Shown here: positions 38,545 through 52,177 of the stretch, piece after piece | How the letters are laid out: every line of letters starts with the position of its first letter | How positions within the stretch are numbered: the first letter of the stretch is position 1 | Assembly (NCBI GenBank): GCA_951406725.2 | Contig: OX597814.1 | Span: forward strand, 193,626,001 to 193,690,000 | Direction of reading: 5' to 3' | Length of the DNA: 64,000 nt | DNA from: Octopus vulgaris | Taxonomy: Eukaryota | Position numbers and translations under genes: made by a program | The notes under the pieces: model-generated | Database searches by the model: none | What the model was told of the DNA's origin: nothing | The model's input: the letters and a program-made list of their open reading frames with translations, nothing else

Positions 38545-39700
38545 GATCTGTTTGATATAGACAACTTCCACATCACGTGACGCATCATAAAAGAGATGCT
38601 TAAGAAACCTGACATGAGTGTGGCCCTGAGCAGATTAAATCAAACAAAAGCTTTCGAAAAGGTCGACCACCAGTACTAGGTGGTTGTCCTCATAGCAAGT
38701 GGTTCTGTACTCTGCTGTTGGATCACTGCAATAAACAGCGTTATCTGCTGCATGGTTCGAATGAATGAGTACTAATGCCATTCTATATCTTGCACTTTGT
38801 TAAGAATGTCCCTTCTTTTCTCTTCTGTTTCAATGTCTCATGAGCGTGGAGGCACATGGCCTAGTGGTTAGAGCAGCGGACTCGCGGTCGAGGGATCGCC
38901 GGTTCGAATCTCAGACCGGGCGATGTGTGTGTTTGTGAGCAAATCACCTAATTTCCACGTGGCTCAAGCAGAAGGTAATGGCGAACTTCTGCTGACTCTT
39001 TCGCCACAACTTTCTCTCACTCTTTCCTCCTACATCTTGCAGCTCACCTGCGACGGACCGGCGTCCCGTCCAGGTGGGAAACCTATTCGCCAAGAAACTG
39101 GGAAACCGGCCCTTATGAGCCAGGCATGGTTCAAGAAGGAACAAACAAATAAAAACAAAAAAAATGTCTCTTGAGCCACTATTGAGGGAACTAAAGACAT
39201 TTGACATTTCGGGGCATTACATGCGAAACAGGGAGCGGAATATTCTTGTCGGCATATGCGGACGACGTCACCGTCCTAGATCTATAGCTTTATACAGCGC
39301 CGTGGTGGGATGCAGGACGTACGGACGGGTTAAATCGCTCAATGCCCGGTTTATTCCAGGTCTCCAAGTGGGAAAGAACCGGAGCGAAGTGGTGAGCGGT
39401 GTGGCTAATCTCACCGAGAAATGAGCCGAGAGAAAGCTACTCTTAAAAGGTCGTGTACGGTAACATTGCTACTGTCATATATTACCACCTGAGTGTCGTG
39501 TCTTGCCTCTGTTCACGTCTGACTGAACTGGAGTCCTTCACTTCTGCTTTATGCGGAGGGGATGCGCCCCACTGTTGAAGCTCTACGTTAGCTGAGTGGA
39601 GGACTGGGCATGCTGAAACTGATGATGCGTAGACATGTGCTGAGGCTACGATGTCTAAAGCAATTCTTTGACGGTGAAGAGAGGTTGTTGCTGTTTGTCA
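38545..39700 (+). pseudogene. Degraded Tx1/L1-clade LINE reverse transcriptase
   Basis: LNQTKAFEKVDH (cf. LDQxKAFDRVDH), LEPLLR, SAYADDVTV (YADD 39255-39266), GGLGM, with stops and frameshifts. Interrupted by an S3 SINE. Confidence 0.75.
38846..39162 (+). mobile_element. SINE S3, full length, nested in the LINE relic
   Basis: 14-bp TSD aatgtctc(a/t)tgagc at 38832-38845 and 39163-39176. Confidence 0.9.
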
Positions 39701-39834
39701 CAGTTTGTCGCAATTCAATCGATAAACCTCGATAAATTTCCAGTCTTCTGCCTAGAATAGAAAGGATTGCTGACAGAATTGCTGGCACGCCGGGAAAATT
39801 GCTCGACTGTATTTCACCCGTCGCTACGTATAAA

Positions 39835-40055
39835 AAGGTGGCGAGCTGGCAGAATCGTTACCACGCCGGGCGAATTGCTTAGCGATATTTCATCTGCCGT
39901 TACGTTCCGAGTTTAAATTCTGCCGAGGTCGACTTTGCCTTTCGTTCATTCGGAGTCGATTAAATAAGTACCAGTTGAGTACTGGAGTCAATCTAATCGG
40001 TCATCCCCCTCCCCAAACATTTCAGGCCTTGCGCCAATAATAGAAAGGATTATTA
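39835..40055 (+). mobile_element. SINE S2 (A-type tail) monomer
   Basis: ggtggcgagctggcagaatcg...ccccaaacatttcaggccttgcgccaataatagaaaggattatt. Confidence 0.85.
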
Positions 40056-40059
40056 CTGT

Positions 40060-40085
40060 AGTTGGTGGTGCTGCTGTTGTTGTTG

Positions 40086-40117
<32 letters not shown>

Positions 40118-40624
40118 GGTGGTGTTAGTGGTGGTGGTGGTGGTGGTGGTGGTGGTGGTGGTAGTGGTGGTGGTTTGTAGTAGTGGCGTTGGTGGTGGTG
40201 GTAAGTGATGGTTTGTGGTAGTAGTGGTGGTGGTGGTGGTGGTGGTAGTGGTAGTGGTGGTGGTGGTGGTGGTTTAAGGTAGTGGTGGTAGTGGTGGCAG
40301 CGGTGGGGTGGCGGTGGCGGTGGCATCGGTGGTGGTGGTAATAGTGGTGGTGGTAGGTGATGGTTATTCATGTTCAAATAATTATTGTTGTTATTACCGC
40401 TACAGTGATTGTTATTGTTATTCTTGTTGCAGCTATTGTTGTTGTTGGCTTTGCCGTTGTTATTGTTTCTTGCTGATATTTGTTATTATTATGGTTGAGT
40501 TATTTAGAAATCATTTTTATTTTTATTTTTATTTTAATTTTCTTTTCCTTCCCACTTGTTGGCAGAGCAATCAAGTGACAATAATAACAATAACAATATT
40601 GTTAAACGATATTATAATTATTAC

Positions 40625-40675
<51 letters not shown>

Positions 40676-40682
40676 CATCATC

Positions 40683-40716
<34 letters not shown>

Positions 40717-40734
40717 GTATTATCATTATTATTA

Positions 40735-40765
<31 letters not shown>

Positions 40766-40802
40766 CATTATTATCATTATTATTATTATCATTATTATTG
40801 TT

Positions 40803-40852
<50 letters not shown>

Positions 40853-40987
40853 TATTATTATCATCATCATCATCATCATTATCATTATTAATATTATTAT
40901 TATTATTAATTCTATTATTATTATTATTGCTGTTGTCATTATTATTGTTGTTGTTGTTATTATCATTATTATTAGTATTAGTATTAA

Positions 40988-41021
<34 letters not shown>

Positions 41022-41059
41022 GTTGTTGTTTTTGTTGTTATTATTATTATTATTAATTC

Positions 41060-41096
<37 letters not shown>

Positions 41097-41170
41097 TCTA
41101 TTATTATTATTGCTGTTGTCATTATTATTGTTGTTGTTGTTATTATCATTATTATTAGTATTAGTATTAA

Positions 41171-41204
<34 letters not shown>

Positions 41205-41355
41205 GTTGTTGTTGTTGTTGTTATTATTATTATTATTATTAATTCTATTATTATTATTGCTGTTGTCATTATTATTGTTGTTGTTATTATTATTATTATT
41301 ATTATTACTATTATTGTTAAAAGGCGGAGGAGGAGGAGGAGGAGGAGGAGGAGGA
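40060..41355. repeat. Compound trinucleotide tract (GGT, ATT, ATC, GTT, GGA) with internal higher-order duplication
   Basis: The block attaattctattattattattgctgttgtc recurs near 40904, 41091 and 41238. Confidence 0.9.
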
Positions 41356-42084
41356 ACAAGAACATGTTAAACAAGAACTCTAATACTAATAGTGTTAAGT
41401 ACGCTATCTAGTGTAATATATGTAAGGTGATGATGACAAAATCGGGGTGGAGCAGATCGTTTACGTCAAATAACGATATTTAGAAGCCAGAGGAAATATG
41501 ATGCGGAAGAAATACGGAAGGCTAAGCTATTCTGAAACGATTTTTTTTTCAAAGTCTGCGAGTTGTAAAGTTGGCTGCATATCAAAATGATACACAAACT
41601 AACACAGTTTTGCGTCTGGGTACATAATCTAGATGGATAAATTTGGATTTTATGCTGTGCATGTATTCTTAGTTTGTGATTAATGTCTTCGGAATATGAA
41701 TAAAAATGGTGGAAATTTTCACACAGAAATAGATGGGGTTTTTTTTTCATTGTTTTTTAAAATTTATTTTGACAAAATGAAATGAAAATATATAAATTTT
41801 CGTGGATTGTGGTACTACTAACTAGAACTTCGTCTATATTTGTTAAGCCATGAGCAAGTTATCTTTGGCAGAGCCCTGATATTTGTGCAAAATGGAATAA
41901 CAAGCTTTTATCAGTAAATTACACACACACACGCATATGCACACACACACACATGCACACACACGCACACACACACTATATATATACATATATATATAAT
42001 ATATTATATATAATATATATACATATATATACTATATATAATATATATAAATCTCACTCTTCCTATCCCTATCTCTCGTTCTTC

Positions 42085-42137
<53 letters not shown>

Positions 42138-42555
42138 GAATGTACATACATACATATATACATACACACATACACACATACACATACATACATACATACA
42201 TACATACATACATACATACATACATACATACATACATACATACATAATTCACGGAAGAAGTCATGTTTTAATAAGCACCTAACACTCCGATAATAATTTC
42301 ACCGAATCGACTTTGTTTTCAGTTTCAGATTCGACGTCAGGTACAATAACAGCAATTCGACAGAATTTGTTGAACATTTCGTTTCAAGTGGCTGCAATTT
42401 TGAAGAAGACTTGAAAGTGCATATTCTCAGAAAATATTCTGAATCTGCTTCGCTTTCATTTCTCAGAATGTTTGAGGAGAAATATTTTTGCGGGTTATTA
42501 GCATCACACCCTGGAGGAATGAATAAGATGACAGGAGAATATCATCAAATTTATA

Positions 42556-43128
42556 GGCGCAGGAGTGGCTGTGTGGTAAGTAGCTTGCTTACCAACCGCA
42601 TGATTCCGGGTTCAGACCCACTGCGTGGCACCTTGGGCAAGTGTCTTCTACTATAGCCTTGTGCTGACCAAAGCCTTGTGAGTGGATTTGGTTGATGAAA
42701 ACTCCTAGAAGTCCATTCTATATATAGGCGCCAGAGTGGCTGTGTGGTAAGTAGCTTGCTTACCAACCACATGGTTCCGGGTTCAGTCCCACTGCGTGGC
42801 AACTTGGGCAAGTGTCTTCTACTATAGCCTCGGGCTGAACAAAGCCTTGTGAGTGGATTTGGTAGACGGAAACTGAAAGAAACCCGTCGTATATATGTGT
42901 ATGTATATATGTTTATCTGTGTGTGTTTGTGTGTCTGTGTTTGTCCCCCCAACATCGCTTGAAAACCGATGCTGGTGTGTTCACGTCCTTGTAACTTAGC
43001 GGTTCGGCAAAAGAAGCCGATAGAATAAATACTAGGCTTACAAAGAATAAGTCCTGGGGTCGATTTGCTCGACTAAAGGTGGTGCTCAAGCATGGCCGCA
43101 GTCCAATGATTGAAACAAGTAAAAGAGC
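42556..43128 (+). mobile_element. SINE S1: isolated 5' part followed by a full copy
   Basis: ggcgcaggagtggctgtgtgg at 42556 and ggcgccagagtggctgtgtgg at 42727. Confidence 0.9.
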
Positions 43129-43499
43129 AAATTTATACAAAACTGTTTGATTAAATATTCTTCTTTCTCTCTTTTTCTTTCTTTTTTTCTGTCTTTTTCT
43201 TTTCACCTCTTATAAAATAAAATTGTATCTTAAAAACTGATGATGTCATTCCATCAACGTGTGGGCGATGGTTGCTCTCGTTCTTATTTTACGTTTAAAT
43301 TTCTGAAATTTTGAATTTATATCACTTCTTATTTTGAACTTCACAAAGACAGACGTACTGTTGAAATATCGTTCAACTAATAAAATGTCTTACAATCGTA
43401 TCGCACTCCACATGTTTGTTCATTCTGTATGACCTTATTGCAGTGAAGGTTTCATAGGTCTTTTTTAGTAGTCTCAAAAACTAATATGGTTCAGTGAAT

Positions 43500-43804
43500 C
43501 ACTTAAGGTGTCTCCGATTCCGTCAGCATCATATTAAGCATTTTTTTTCTCTTGCACCTGTTAATTATTTTAATCAGGAATTTGGAATATCATTTTACTC
43601 TGTTACCTCGTCGCCGTTTACCTTCTGTAGTGCCTGAATTACTTCTTGTAACTGTTATTTGATATACTTTCACATGGCTGTCTAAAACACGAACAACTTA
43701 TTTTGAGTCGGATACTAGTCCGTCTGCGCTGAAAAGCCGTTGCGAGGAAAGCCCCGAAACGGTGCGCATTCTTTCCTGATGACACCTAAAAACTTCTGGT
43801 ACAC
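43500..43804 (-). pseudogene. Degraded RTE-like LINE C-terminus (probably continuing past 44617)
   Basis: Minus-strand GTTEGKRRRG resembles the RTE C-terminal motif GxVEGKRxRGR; otherwise decayed. Confidence 0.4.
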
Positions 43805-43821
43805 GGTATTTGAAGTTTTCG

Positions 43822-44599
43822 GCTAGCTGGCAGAAACGTTAGCACCCCGGGCGAAATGCTTTGCGGTATTTCGTCTGCCGTTATGCTGTGAGTTCAAATT
43901 CCGCCGAGGTTGACTTTGCTTTTCATCCTTTCGGTGTCGATAAATTAAGTACCAGTTACGCACTGGGGTCGAAATAATCGACTTAATACCTATGTCTCTC
44001 CTTGTTTGTCCCTTTTATGTTTAGCCCTTGTGGGTAATAAAGAAATAGGTATTTCGTCTGCCGCTACGTTGTGAGTTCAAATTCCGCCGAGGTCGACTTT
44101 GCCTTTCATCTTTCGGGGGTCAATTAAATAAGTACCAGTTACGCACTGGGGTCGATGTAATCGACTTAATCCGTTTGACTGTCCTTGTTTGTCCTCTCTG
44201 TGTTTAGCCCCTTGTAGGTAGTAAAGAAATAGGTATTTCGTCTGCCGTTACGTTGTGAGTTCAAATTCCGCCGAGGTCGACTTTGCCTTTCATCCTTTCG
44301 GGGTCGATAAATTAAGGACCAGTTGCGCACTGGGGTCGAAATAATCGACTTAATACCTATGTCTGTCCTTGTTTGTCCCTTCTATGTTTAGCCCCTTGCG
44401 GGTAATAAAGAAATAGGTATTTCTTCTGCCGCTACGTTCTGAGTTCAAATTCCGCCGAGGTCGACTTTGCCTTTCATCCTTTCGGGGTCGATAAATTAAG
44501 TACCAGTTACGCACTGGAGTCGATGTAATCGACTTAATCCGTTTGTCTGTCCTTGTTTGTCCCCTCTATGTTTAGCCCCTTGTGGGTAGTAAAGAAATA
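43822..44599 (+). mobile_element. SINE S2 array: head plus four 183-184-bp B units
   Basis: Units start with GGTATTTC at 43865, 44048, 44232 and 44416; exact 17-bp TSD GGTATTTGAAGTTTTCG at 43805-43821 and 44600-44616. Confidence 0.95.
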
Positions 44600-45017
44600 G
44601 GTATTTGAAGTTTTCGACCAACTGCTCTTGTACAAGCAATCATCAAGAGACTGCTTGCTCAAGCAATCACAAGAGATTTCCAAAGTTCTGGTGATTTCTT
44701 CGCTGTGTATATTCCTCCGTTGAATTCTTCTACGTCTCCTGATGGTGGTGTTTTTGCTTTGTTTTTGTTTTTTCAGGTATTGGTGTTTATTTAAGAAGTT
44801 CCCTTTGTTACCATTTAGTTTCGTATTTATTCTCATTGCGCAACACCTTCGACGAGTGTGTTCCACAATAGCTCCGGGTCGATTAATGCCTTGTGAGTAA
44901 ATGTGATGGATGAAAACTGTGTGGAAGTGCGTCATATGTATTGATACATACATGAATACAGGCATACATACATACACAGACACACACATATATACATATA
45001 TGCATAAATACATACCT

Positions 45018-45060
<43 letters not shown>

Positions 45061-45135
45061 TCTTCTTACGCCTTCTTACACATACACATACATATATATA
45101 CACATATATGCATAAATACATACCTTTAGATAGAA

Positions 45136-45251
<116 letters not shown>

Positions 45252-45252
45252 G

Positions 45253-45290
<38 letters not shown>

Positions 45291-45764
45291 CGCTCACCTT
45301 GACGTGAAAAGCCAATGCTCATTAGCTTTTAGCCACCGTAACTTAGCGGTTCGACAAAAGGGCGATAGAATAAGTACCAGATTTAAAATAAATACTGGTG
45401 TCGATTATTTCGACTAATCGCTACTGAGGCAGGTAAAAAAAAAAAAGAACTCTGAAGTAAAGGAGTAATTTTTATGAAATATTTATGAACACCCGTAATT
45501 ATTATACCTTCTTACGCCTACGCCCTCATTTAGATTTTTATCTAATTGCAACATTTGACAACTTGATCCGTTCATCTTTATCTCTTTCCTGTCTTGTTCT
45601 TCCTTGCACACTTGATCCTCTTTGATGAGCCACATCCGTACCGTCTTCAGCCTCGACTAGCTCCATCATTATAACGTCACCTGGTTCATTACACCACTGC
45701 CATGAAATGTCATCTAATTCATTAGGTCAATGGCATACGTTACGTCACTTAACTCATTGAATCG

Positions 45765-46360
45765 CTGCGAGCTGGCAGAGTCGTTAGCACGCCGGGCGAA
45801 ATGCGTAGCCGTATTTCGTCTGCCGTTACGTTCTGAGTTCAAATTCCGCCGAGGTCGACTTTGCCTTTCATCCTTTCGGGGTCGATTAAAAAAGTACCAG
45901 TTACGCAGTGGGGTCGATATAATCGACTTAATCCGTGTGTCTGTCCTTGTTTGTCCTCTCTGTGTGTAGCCCCTTGTGGGTAGTAAAGAAATAGGTATTT
46001 CGTCTGCCGTTACGTTCTGAGTTCAAATTCCGCCGAGGTCGACTTTGCCTTTCATCCTTTCGGGGTCGATTAAATAAGTACCAGTTACGCACTGGGGTCG
46101 ATATAATCGACTTAATCCGTGTGTCTGTCCTTGTTTGTCCTCTCTGTGTGTAGCCCCTTGTGGGTAGTAAAGAAATAGGTATTTCGTCTGCCGTTACGTT
46201 CTGAGTTCAAATTCCGCCGAGGTCGACTATGCTTTTCATCCTTTCGGGGTCGATTAAAAAAGTACCAGTTACGCACTGGGGTCGATATAATCGACTTAAT
46301 CCGTGTGTCTGTCCTTGTTTGTCCTCTCTGTGTGTAACCTCTTGTGGGTAGTAAAGAAAT
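45765..46360 (+). mobile_element. SINE S2 array: head plus three near-identical 184-bp B units
   Basis: Junctions aaagaaataGGTATTTCG at 45994 and 46178. Confidence 0.92.
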
Positions 46361-46671
46361 TGATATGATAACGTTTGACTAAATGCGTCGCTGCCATGAC
46401 ACATTACTGCTATATCATGTCACGAGTCATGTCATTACATATCACTAACCTCAGAGTCAAAGACATGATAAGAACTGATGCTTAATACTTAGAAATTATC
46501 AACCGTTGATATAGAATATTAGTGTTAATTATGCGATCTGCTCAGGTTACTTTAGCCACTAATATCAGTGTTTATAAGGAGTGTATCCGTGGAGAGTTAA
46601 GGAAGGTAAACAGCTGCTCACAAAAATCCAAACATAGTTGAAATGTGTAGCATATATAACCGTTCTGCGAT

Positions 46672-46773
46672 CATAATGTGTGTAGGGGCATATTGTGTGT
46701 AGGGGCATATTGTGTGTAGGGGCATATTGTGTGTAGGGGCATATTGTGTGTAGGGTCATATTGTGCGTATGGG
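46672..46773. repeat. 17-bp minisatellite catattgtgtgtagggg x6
   Basis: Directly visible. Confidence 0.95.
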
Positions 46774-46841
46774 TTTGTCATAACATACAGTGCTGGCTAT
46801 AAATCTATAGATATGCCCTAACAATGAAACGAAAACTCTTA

Positions 46842-47486
<645 letters not shown>

Positions 47487-47686
47487 ACCAACAATAGAAT
47501 ACTATTGTTTCAGTATCTAATATCTAATGCAGAGAACCTATGATTAGAGACAGTTTATCTGTGACCTTCCAGTCATTCGTATAGGCATAATATATCAAGG
47601 AATACATAGTCAAATGTAGCCGTCAATATATATCTTTTTCAAAGAAATTTTTATTTCTTCTTTTAGATAACAGAGTATGATTTGAG

Positions 47687-48088
47687 GGATCTTTTCGGTT
47701 TGACCGGCAGTTTTTTAAAATTATTTCCACGTAACTAAACACTTTTAAACTTCGTATACTGGTAGAATGTGTTTATTAAACATCTTTTTCTCTTGGCTTT
47801 ATTGAGAAAATTCTATAGTTTGTAAGATATCTTTTTTTTTTTTTTCAATTTCTGCAATTTCAACCAATCAATGACGTCTATTGAGGAGATAACATTCTGT
47901 GCCGTATGAATATGTCCCTCGTTTAAGAAACAGATTGGGTTTATTTACATTTCTGAAGAAAAAATGATTCCCTCCCCCCAACCCTAAAACAGATTGAAAT
48001 GCAATAGATCGATACTAGGGTCATAATTATGGGTGACAATTTCATATGACCCCGCTAGAAAAAACTGCCGTTCAAACCGAAAAGATCC
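47687..48088. mobile_element. MITE with GG-starting TIRs and 8-bp TSD
   Basis: About 30-bp TIRs ggatcttttcggtttga(c/a)cggcagtttttt; TSD GATTTGAG at 47679-47686 and 48089-48096. Confidence 0.9.
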
Positions 48089-48179
48089 GATTTGAGGGAG
48101 ATTAGACTGATATTTCTTGCATATCGAACTTGTAGAAGTTGCATCCTTTTCCGGCATCATCTAATATTAAACGCACTCT

Positions 48180-48862
48180 CCTTCCTTAAGCCCTTTCTCT
48201 CCCAAGGAGCATAGGCCATCGACGACTGTCCTCCACAACTCTCAACTCTGGGCTACATTTTCTGCCAACCACCATTCGGATTCCTGCTTTTTCAGCTCTG
48301 TCTCCGTATCCGGCCTCCAGCTATTTCAAGGTTTTCTCTCTTGTGTGTTCCAGGTCAGGGACGGACGTGTAATGCAGGACGTTGATTTCAATTCGGATTT
48401 TACTGCACTGTGTCATGTTTCCCTGAGGGAAAGCCTTCCTCTCCCAGGTCCTTGGTTTTCAAATGTCATCAATGATTCAGTAATTTTGTTTGTTTTGTTT
48501 TTTTCCAGTTAGGGTTGTAGGTCCTACGCAACCCCATTTTTACCTCTGGGCAAAAATAGGTTTGCGTAGATTAGAGGGGGACAACTGAGAAAGAGCACTT
48601 ATCTTGGTGATCAGAATGACCGTTGTTTTGTGATGTGGGGGTGTCCCAAATAACCGTTGGAGGTTTCCACTTTCTGGGATATTATTCCTTGTTTGAATTT
48701 ATCTGTTGCTTCTTTGTACACGCTTTTAATACAATCACACATATAAATCTGGCCCCTGTTCTTTGATCAGACCAGCATGGGAGCCCCTTCCAGGAGCTTG
48801 CATTCCGGTGGCATACCTATTAGGATCAGTGAGGCACATAACCTCCACCCAGTACCAAGGAC
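48180..48862 (-). mobile_element. Internally deleted RTE LINE
   Basis: Minus 48390-48185 translates ITRPSLTWNTQ...NSWR...AQ..LWRTVVDGLCS, an RTE C-terminus. The upstream part resembles RTE 5' UTR; that boundary is uncertain. Confidence 0.65.
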
Positions 48863-49369
48863 TTGACTTCGTCGTAGAAATACAACCTTCAGCAACTCTA
48901 TATCCGCCTTATATTTGAATTTCTTAAAGGTACCAACATAACTATGACATATCATAACAGTTATGAGCCGACTGACACGCTTAGTAAGTTTTACAACGAC
49001 ACCGCTCTTCTCTTCTCCATTAATCTTACACTTACGGCAGCAGTCATCTCCTCTTATCTATACTAAACAAAAATAATATTTCAAAATGCAGGGTTCACTC
49101 CTTGACTTTAATAAAAGGTCAGCACAAGCTACGAACTTGCCTTTTAATGTTATATAATAAACTCATAAAAAGCTTTTTCATTATCACGCTTAGGTGAATT
49201 TATTAGAAAATGCACTTCTTTAGGTCGCTAGTCTTCATTTTAATGGTCTTCTTTTTCATCTTTTAAGTAGGTTACCCCCGCTTCTTTAGAATATGGCGAT
49301 GTTTGTGTTTGTGCGTGCGCGTGGGCTGGGTTGGTCGGTGTGCATGTATGATGTATGTATATGTGTGCG

Positions 49370-49456
<87 letters not shown>

Positions 49457-49459
49457 ATA

Positions 49460-49495
<36 letters not shown>

Positions 49496-49891
49496 TGTAT
49501 GTATGTATGTGTGTGTGTATGTATGCATGTATGTATGTATGTATGCATGTATATACACACATACACAATCGTACGAACAAAAACACTTATACATACACAT
49601 GCGCATGCTCACAGGCATGCATATACACATATCTAAACACGCACACAAACACACACACAAGCACAAAAGCACTTACGCACACATACGCACGCTCACAGGC
49701 ATGCATATATACATACATAAACACACACAAACACGCACACACATATATATACTTATATGTATGTGTATATATATATATGTTGGCCTGCTCGCTTAGCCAG
49801 CGGGGTGGCGTCATTTGATGGTTAAAACAATGCGAAGTGCATTGTGACCAGCGATGTGTAGCAACATCTGATAGCCTGGTTGGTCACAGTG

Positions 49892-49936
<45 letters not shown>

Positions 49937-49988
49937 TGTATGTATTAGACATGTATACACACACACACAAACACACGCACACACGCAC

Positions 49989-50029
<41 letters not shown>

Positions 50030-50400
50030 TGTGCTTCGGTATGCGTATGTGTCTGTCAGGTCGTGTGCCCACACTGCACTTGTTTCAAAGGAAACACTAT
50101 AAGCCATTGCTACGGTATATAACGCTCAATTGCTTTATAGCAACCATAAACTCAACATTTATGCTTGTTCTAAGATTCCATTAAACACTTAAGTAAAAAA
50201 ACAGACACGTACAACAGGTTTCACCATAAATCATAAAATATATTCAGACATTGTAAATACATTCGTACACGCATGAAGGTATGTATGTGTATATTAAGTA
50301 TATGCATGCTTGTATAATATATAGAGAATATTATATTGTATTATATTTTGTGTCGCGATATATCATATATCGTATCACATTATATTATTCATAAATGCAT

Positions 50401-50448
<48 letters not shown>

Positions 50449-50474
50449 CACACACACATACATACATACATACA

Positions 50475-50555
<81 letters not shown>

Positions 50556-50582
50556 TTTAAGCAACAGAAAATTCAACAAAAT

Positions 50583-50620
50583 CTGTTACTCTGAGTTTCT
50601 CGTTGCCGTTCATCAGACAG
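50583..50620 (-). ncRNA. Minimal type I hammerhead ribozyme motif (inverted copy)
   Basis: Exact reverse complement of 50647-50684. Confidence 0.75.
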
Positions 50621-50646
50621 TTTTTGCTAGAAAAAACTAGCAAAAA

Positions 50647-50684
50647 CTGTCTGATGAACGGCAACGAGAAACTCAGAGTAACAG
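50647..50684 (+). ncRNA. Minimal type I hammerhead ribozyme motif
   Basis: CTGT-CTGATGA-a-CG-gcaa-CG-a-GAAAC-TC-a-GA-GTA-ACAG. Confidence 0.75.
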
Positions 50685-50811
50685 ATTTTGTTGAATTTTC
50701 TGCTGCTTAAAATAAAGCATATTACTCTACCACTGGTATTTGAGTACTCTTTTCTCCACCTTGTTTCACATTTATGTGTTTACTCCGGTATATATATATA
50801 TATATATATAT

Positions 50812-50874
<63 letters not shown>

Positions 50875-51083
50875 CGAACATACATACATGTATATGTGTG
50901 TGTGTTTGTGTATTTATGTATGTATATACACACATCTCTATGGTGAGTGAGACATATATGTATAGATATAGATGGGTAGGTAGTTAGGCATGGGTATATA
51001 AATAGACAGATAGACAGACAGGCAGACACACAAGCAGACAGACAGACAGGCAGACAGACAGGCAGACAGACAGACAGATATAT

Positions 51084-51575
51084 CTCTTTACTCTTTTACT
51101 CTTTTACTTGTTTCAGTCATTTGACTGTGGCCATGCTGGAGCACCGCCTTTAGTACTTATTCTATCGGTCTCTTTTTGCCGAACCGCTAAGTGACGGGGA
51201 CGTAAACACACCAGCATCGGTTGTCAAGCAATGCTAGGGGGACAAACACAGACATAGACACACACACACATATATATATATATACATATATACGACAGGC
51301 TTCTTTCAGTTTTCGTCTACCAAATCCACTCACAAGGCATTGGTCGGCCCGGGGCTATAGCAGAAGACACTTGCCCAAGATGCCACGCAGTGGGACTGAA
51401 CCCGGAACCATGTGGTTGGTAAGCAAGCTACTTACCCACAGCCACTCCGTTTACGCCCCCGTCACTTAGCGGTTCGGCAAAAGAGACCGATAGAATAGGT
51501 ACTGTGCTCGACTAAAGGCGGTGCTCCAGCATGGCCGCAGTCAAATGACTGAAACAAGTAAAAGAGTAAAGAGAG
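51084..51575 (-). mobile_element. SINE S1 (minus, 51084-51448) fused to an inverted S1 3' part (51449-51575)
   Basis: gccactcc is joined directly to gtttacgcccccgtcacttagcggttcggc. Confidence 0.85.
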
Positions 51576-52145
51576 AGAGTAAGAGTATATATATATATGC
51601 TAAGAATACTTTGATTAAAATCTAATTCTCGAAGCTTCAAATTTCGAGTCATGTTACATGAAATACGTTAATGTCCAATTATGCTAAACAATTAATACAC
51701 ATTGTTAACGCTAACAGGCTTCCACTATATTAATCATCCCATAAAGAATATTAGGACTATAGACCTGTCTGTCTTCCTTTCTCTCTGATTATCTTCCTTT
51801 CTACCTTCTCCCTCTCTCCATCCCTTTCTCTTAACAACTCGCACGCACACACAAACGCGCACTCACGCAAATGTACTTAGAATATATATAGATATATAAA
51901 TTTTCTCCTGGTTTTTGGAATTAATACTTGTTTGCGGTTTAAGCCTTGGCTGCTATTTCTAGTAGGTTGAACAGCCTATTATGGCTGTTCCTATATTTTG
52001 ATGTTGAATGTATTAATAGTCTCTGACTATCTATTTTTCCTACTAGACCGCTGGTGGCAAATAATTTCTGCTGAATTTTTTTTGCTACCCTATATTGAAT
52101 AATATAGATATATATGTATACATACATATAGAAAGATACAAATAC

Positions 52146-52176
<31 letters not shown>

Positions 52177-52177
<1 letters not shown>

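Larger units (their letters stand above)
50551..50788 (+). mobile_element. Fold-back Penelope-style mini-element inserted in (TA)n
   Basis: 80-bp arms 50551-50630 / 50637-50716 with one mismatch and an A6 loop; unique tail to 50788; (TA)n on both sides. Confidence 0.85.
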
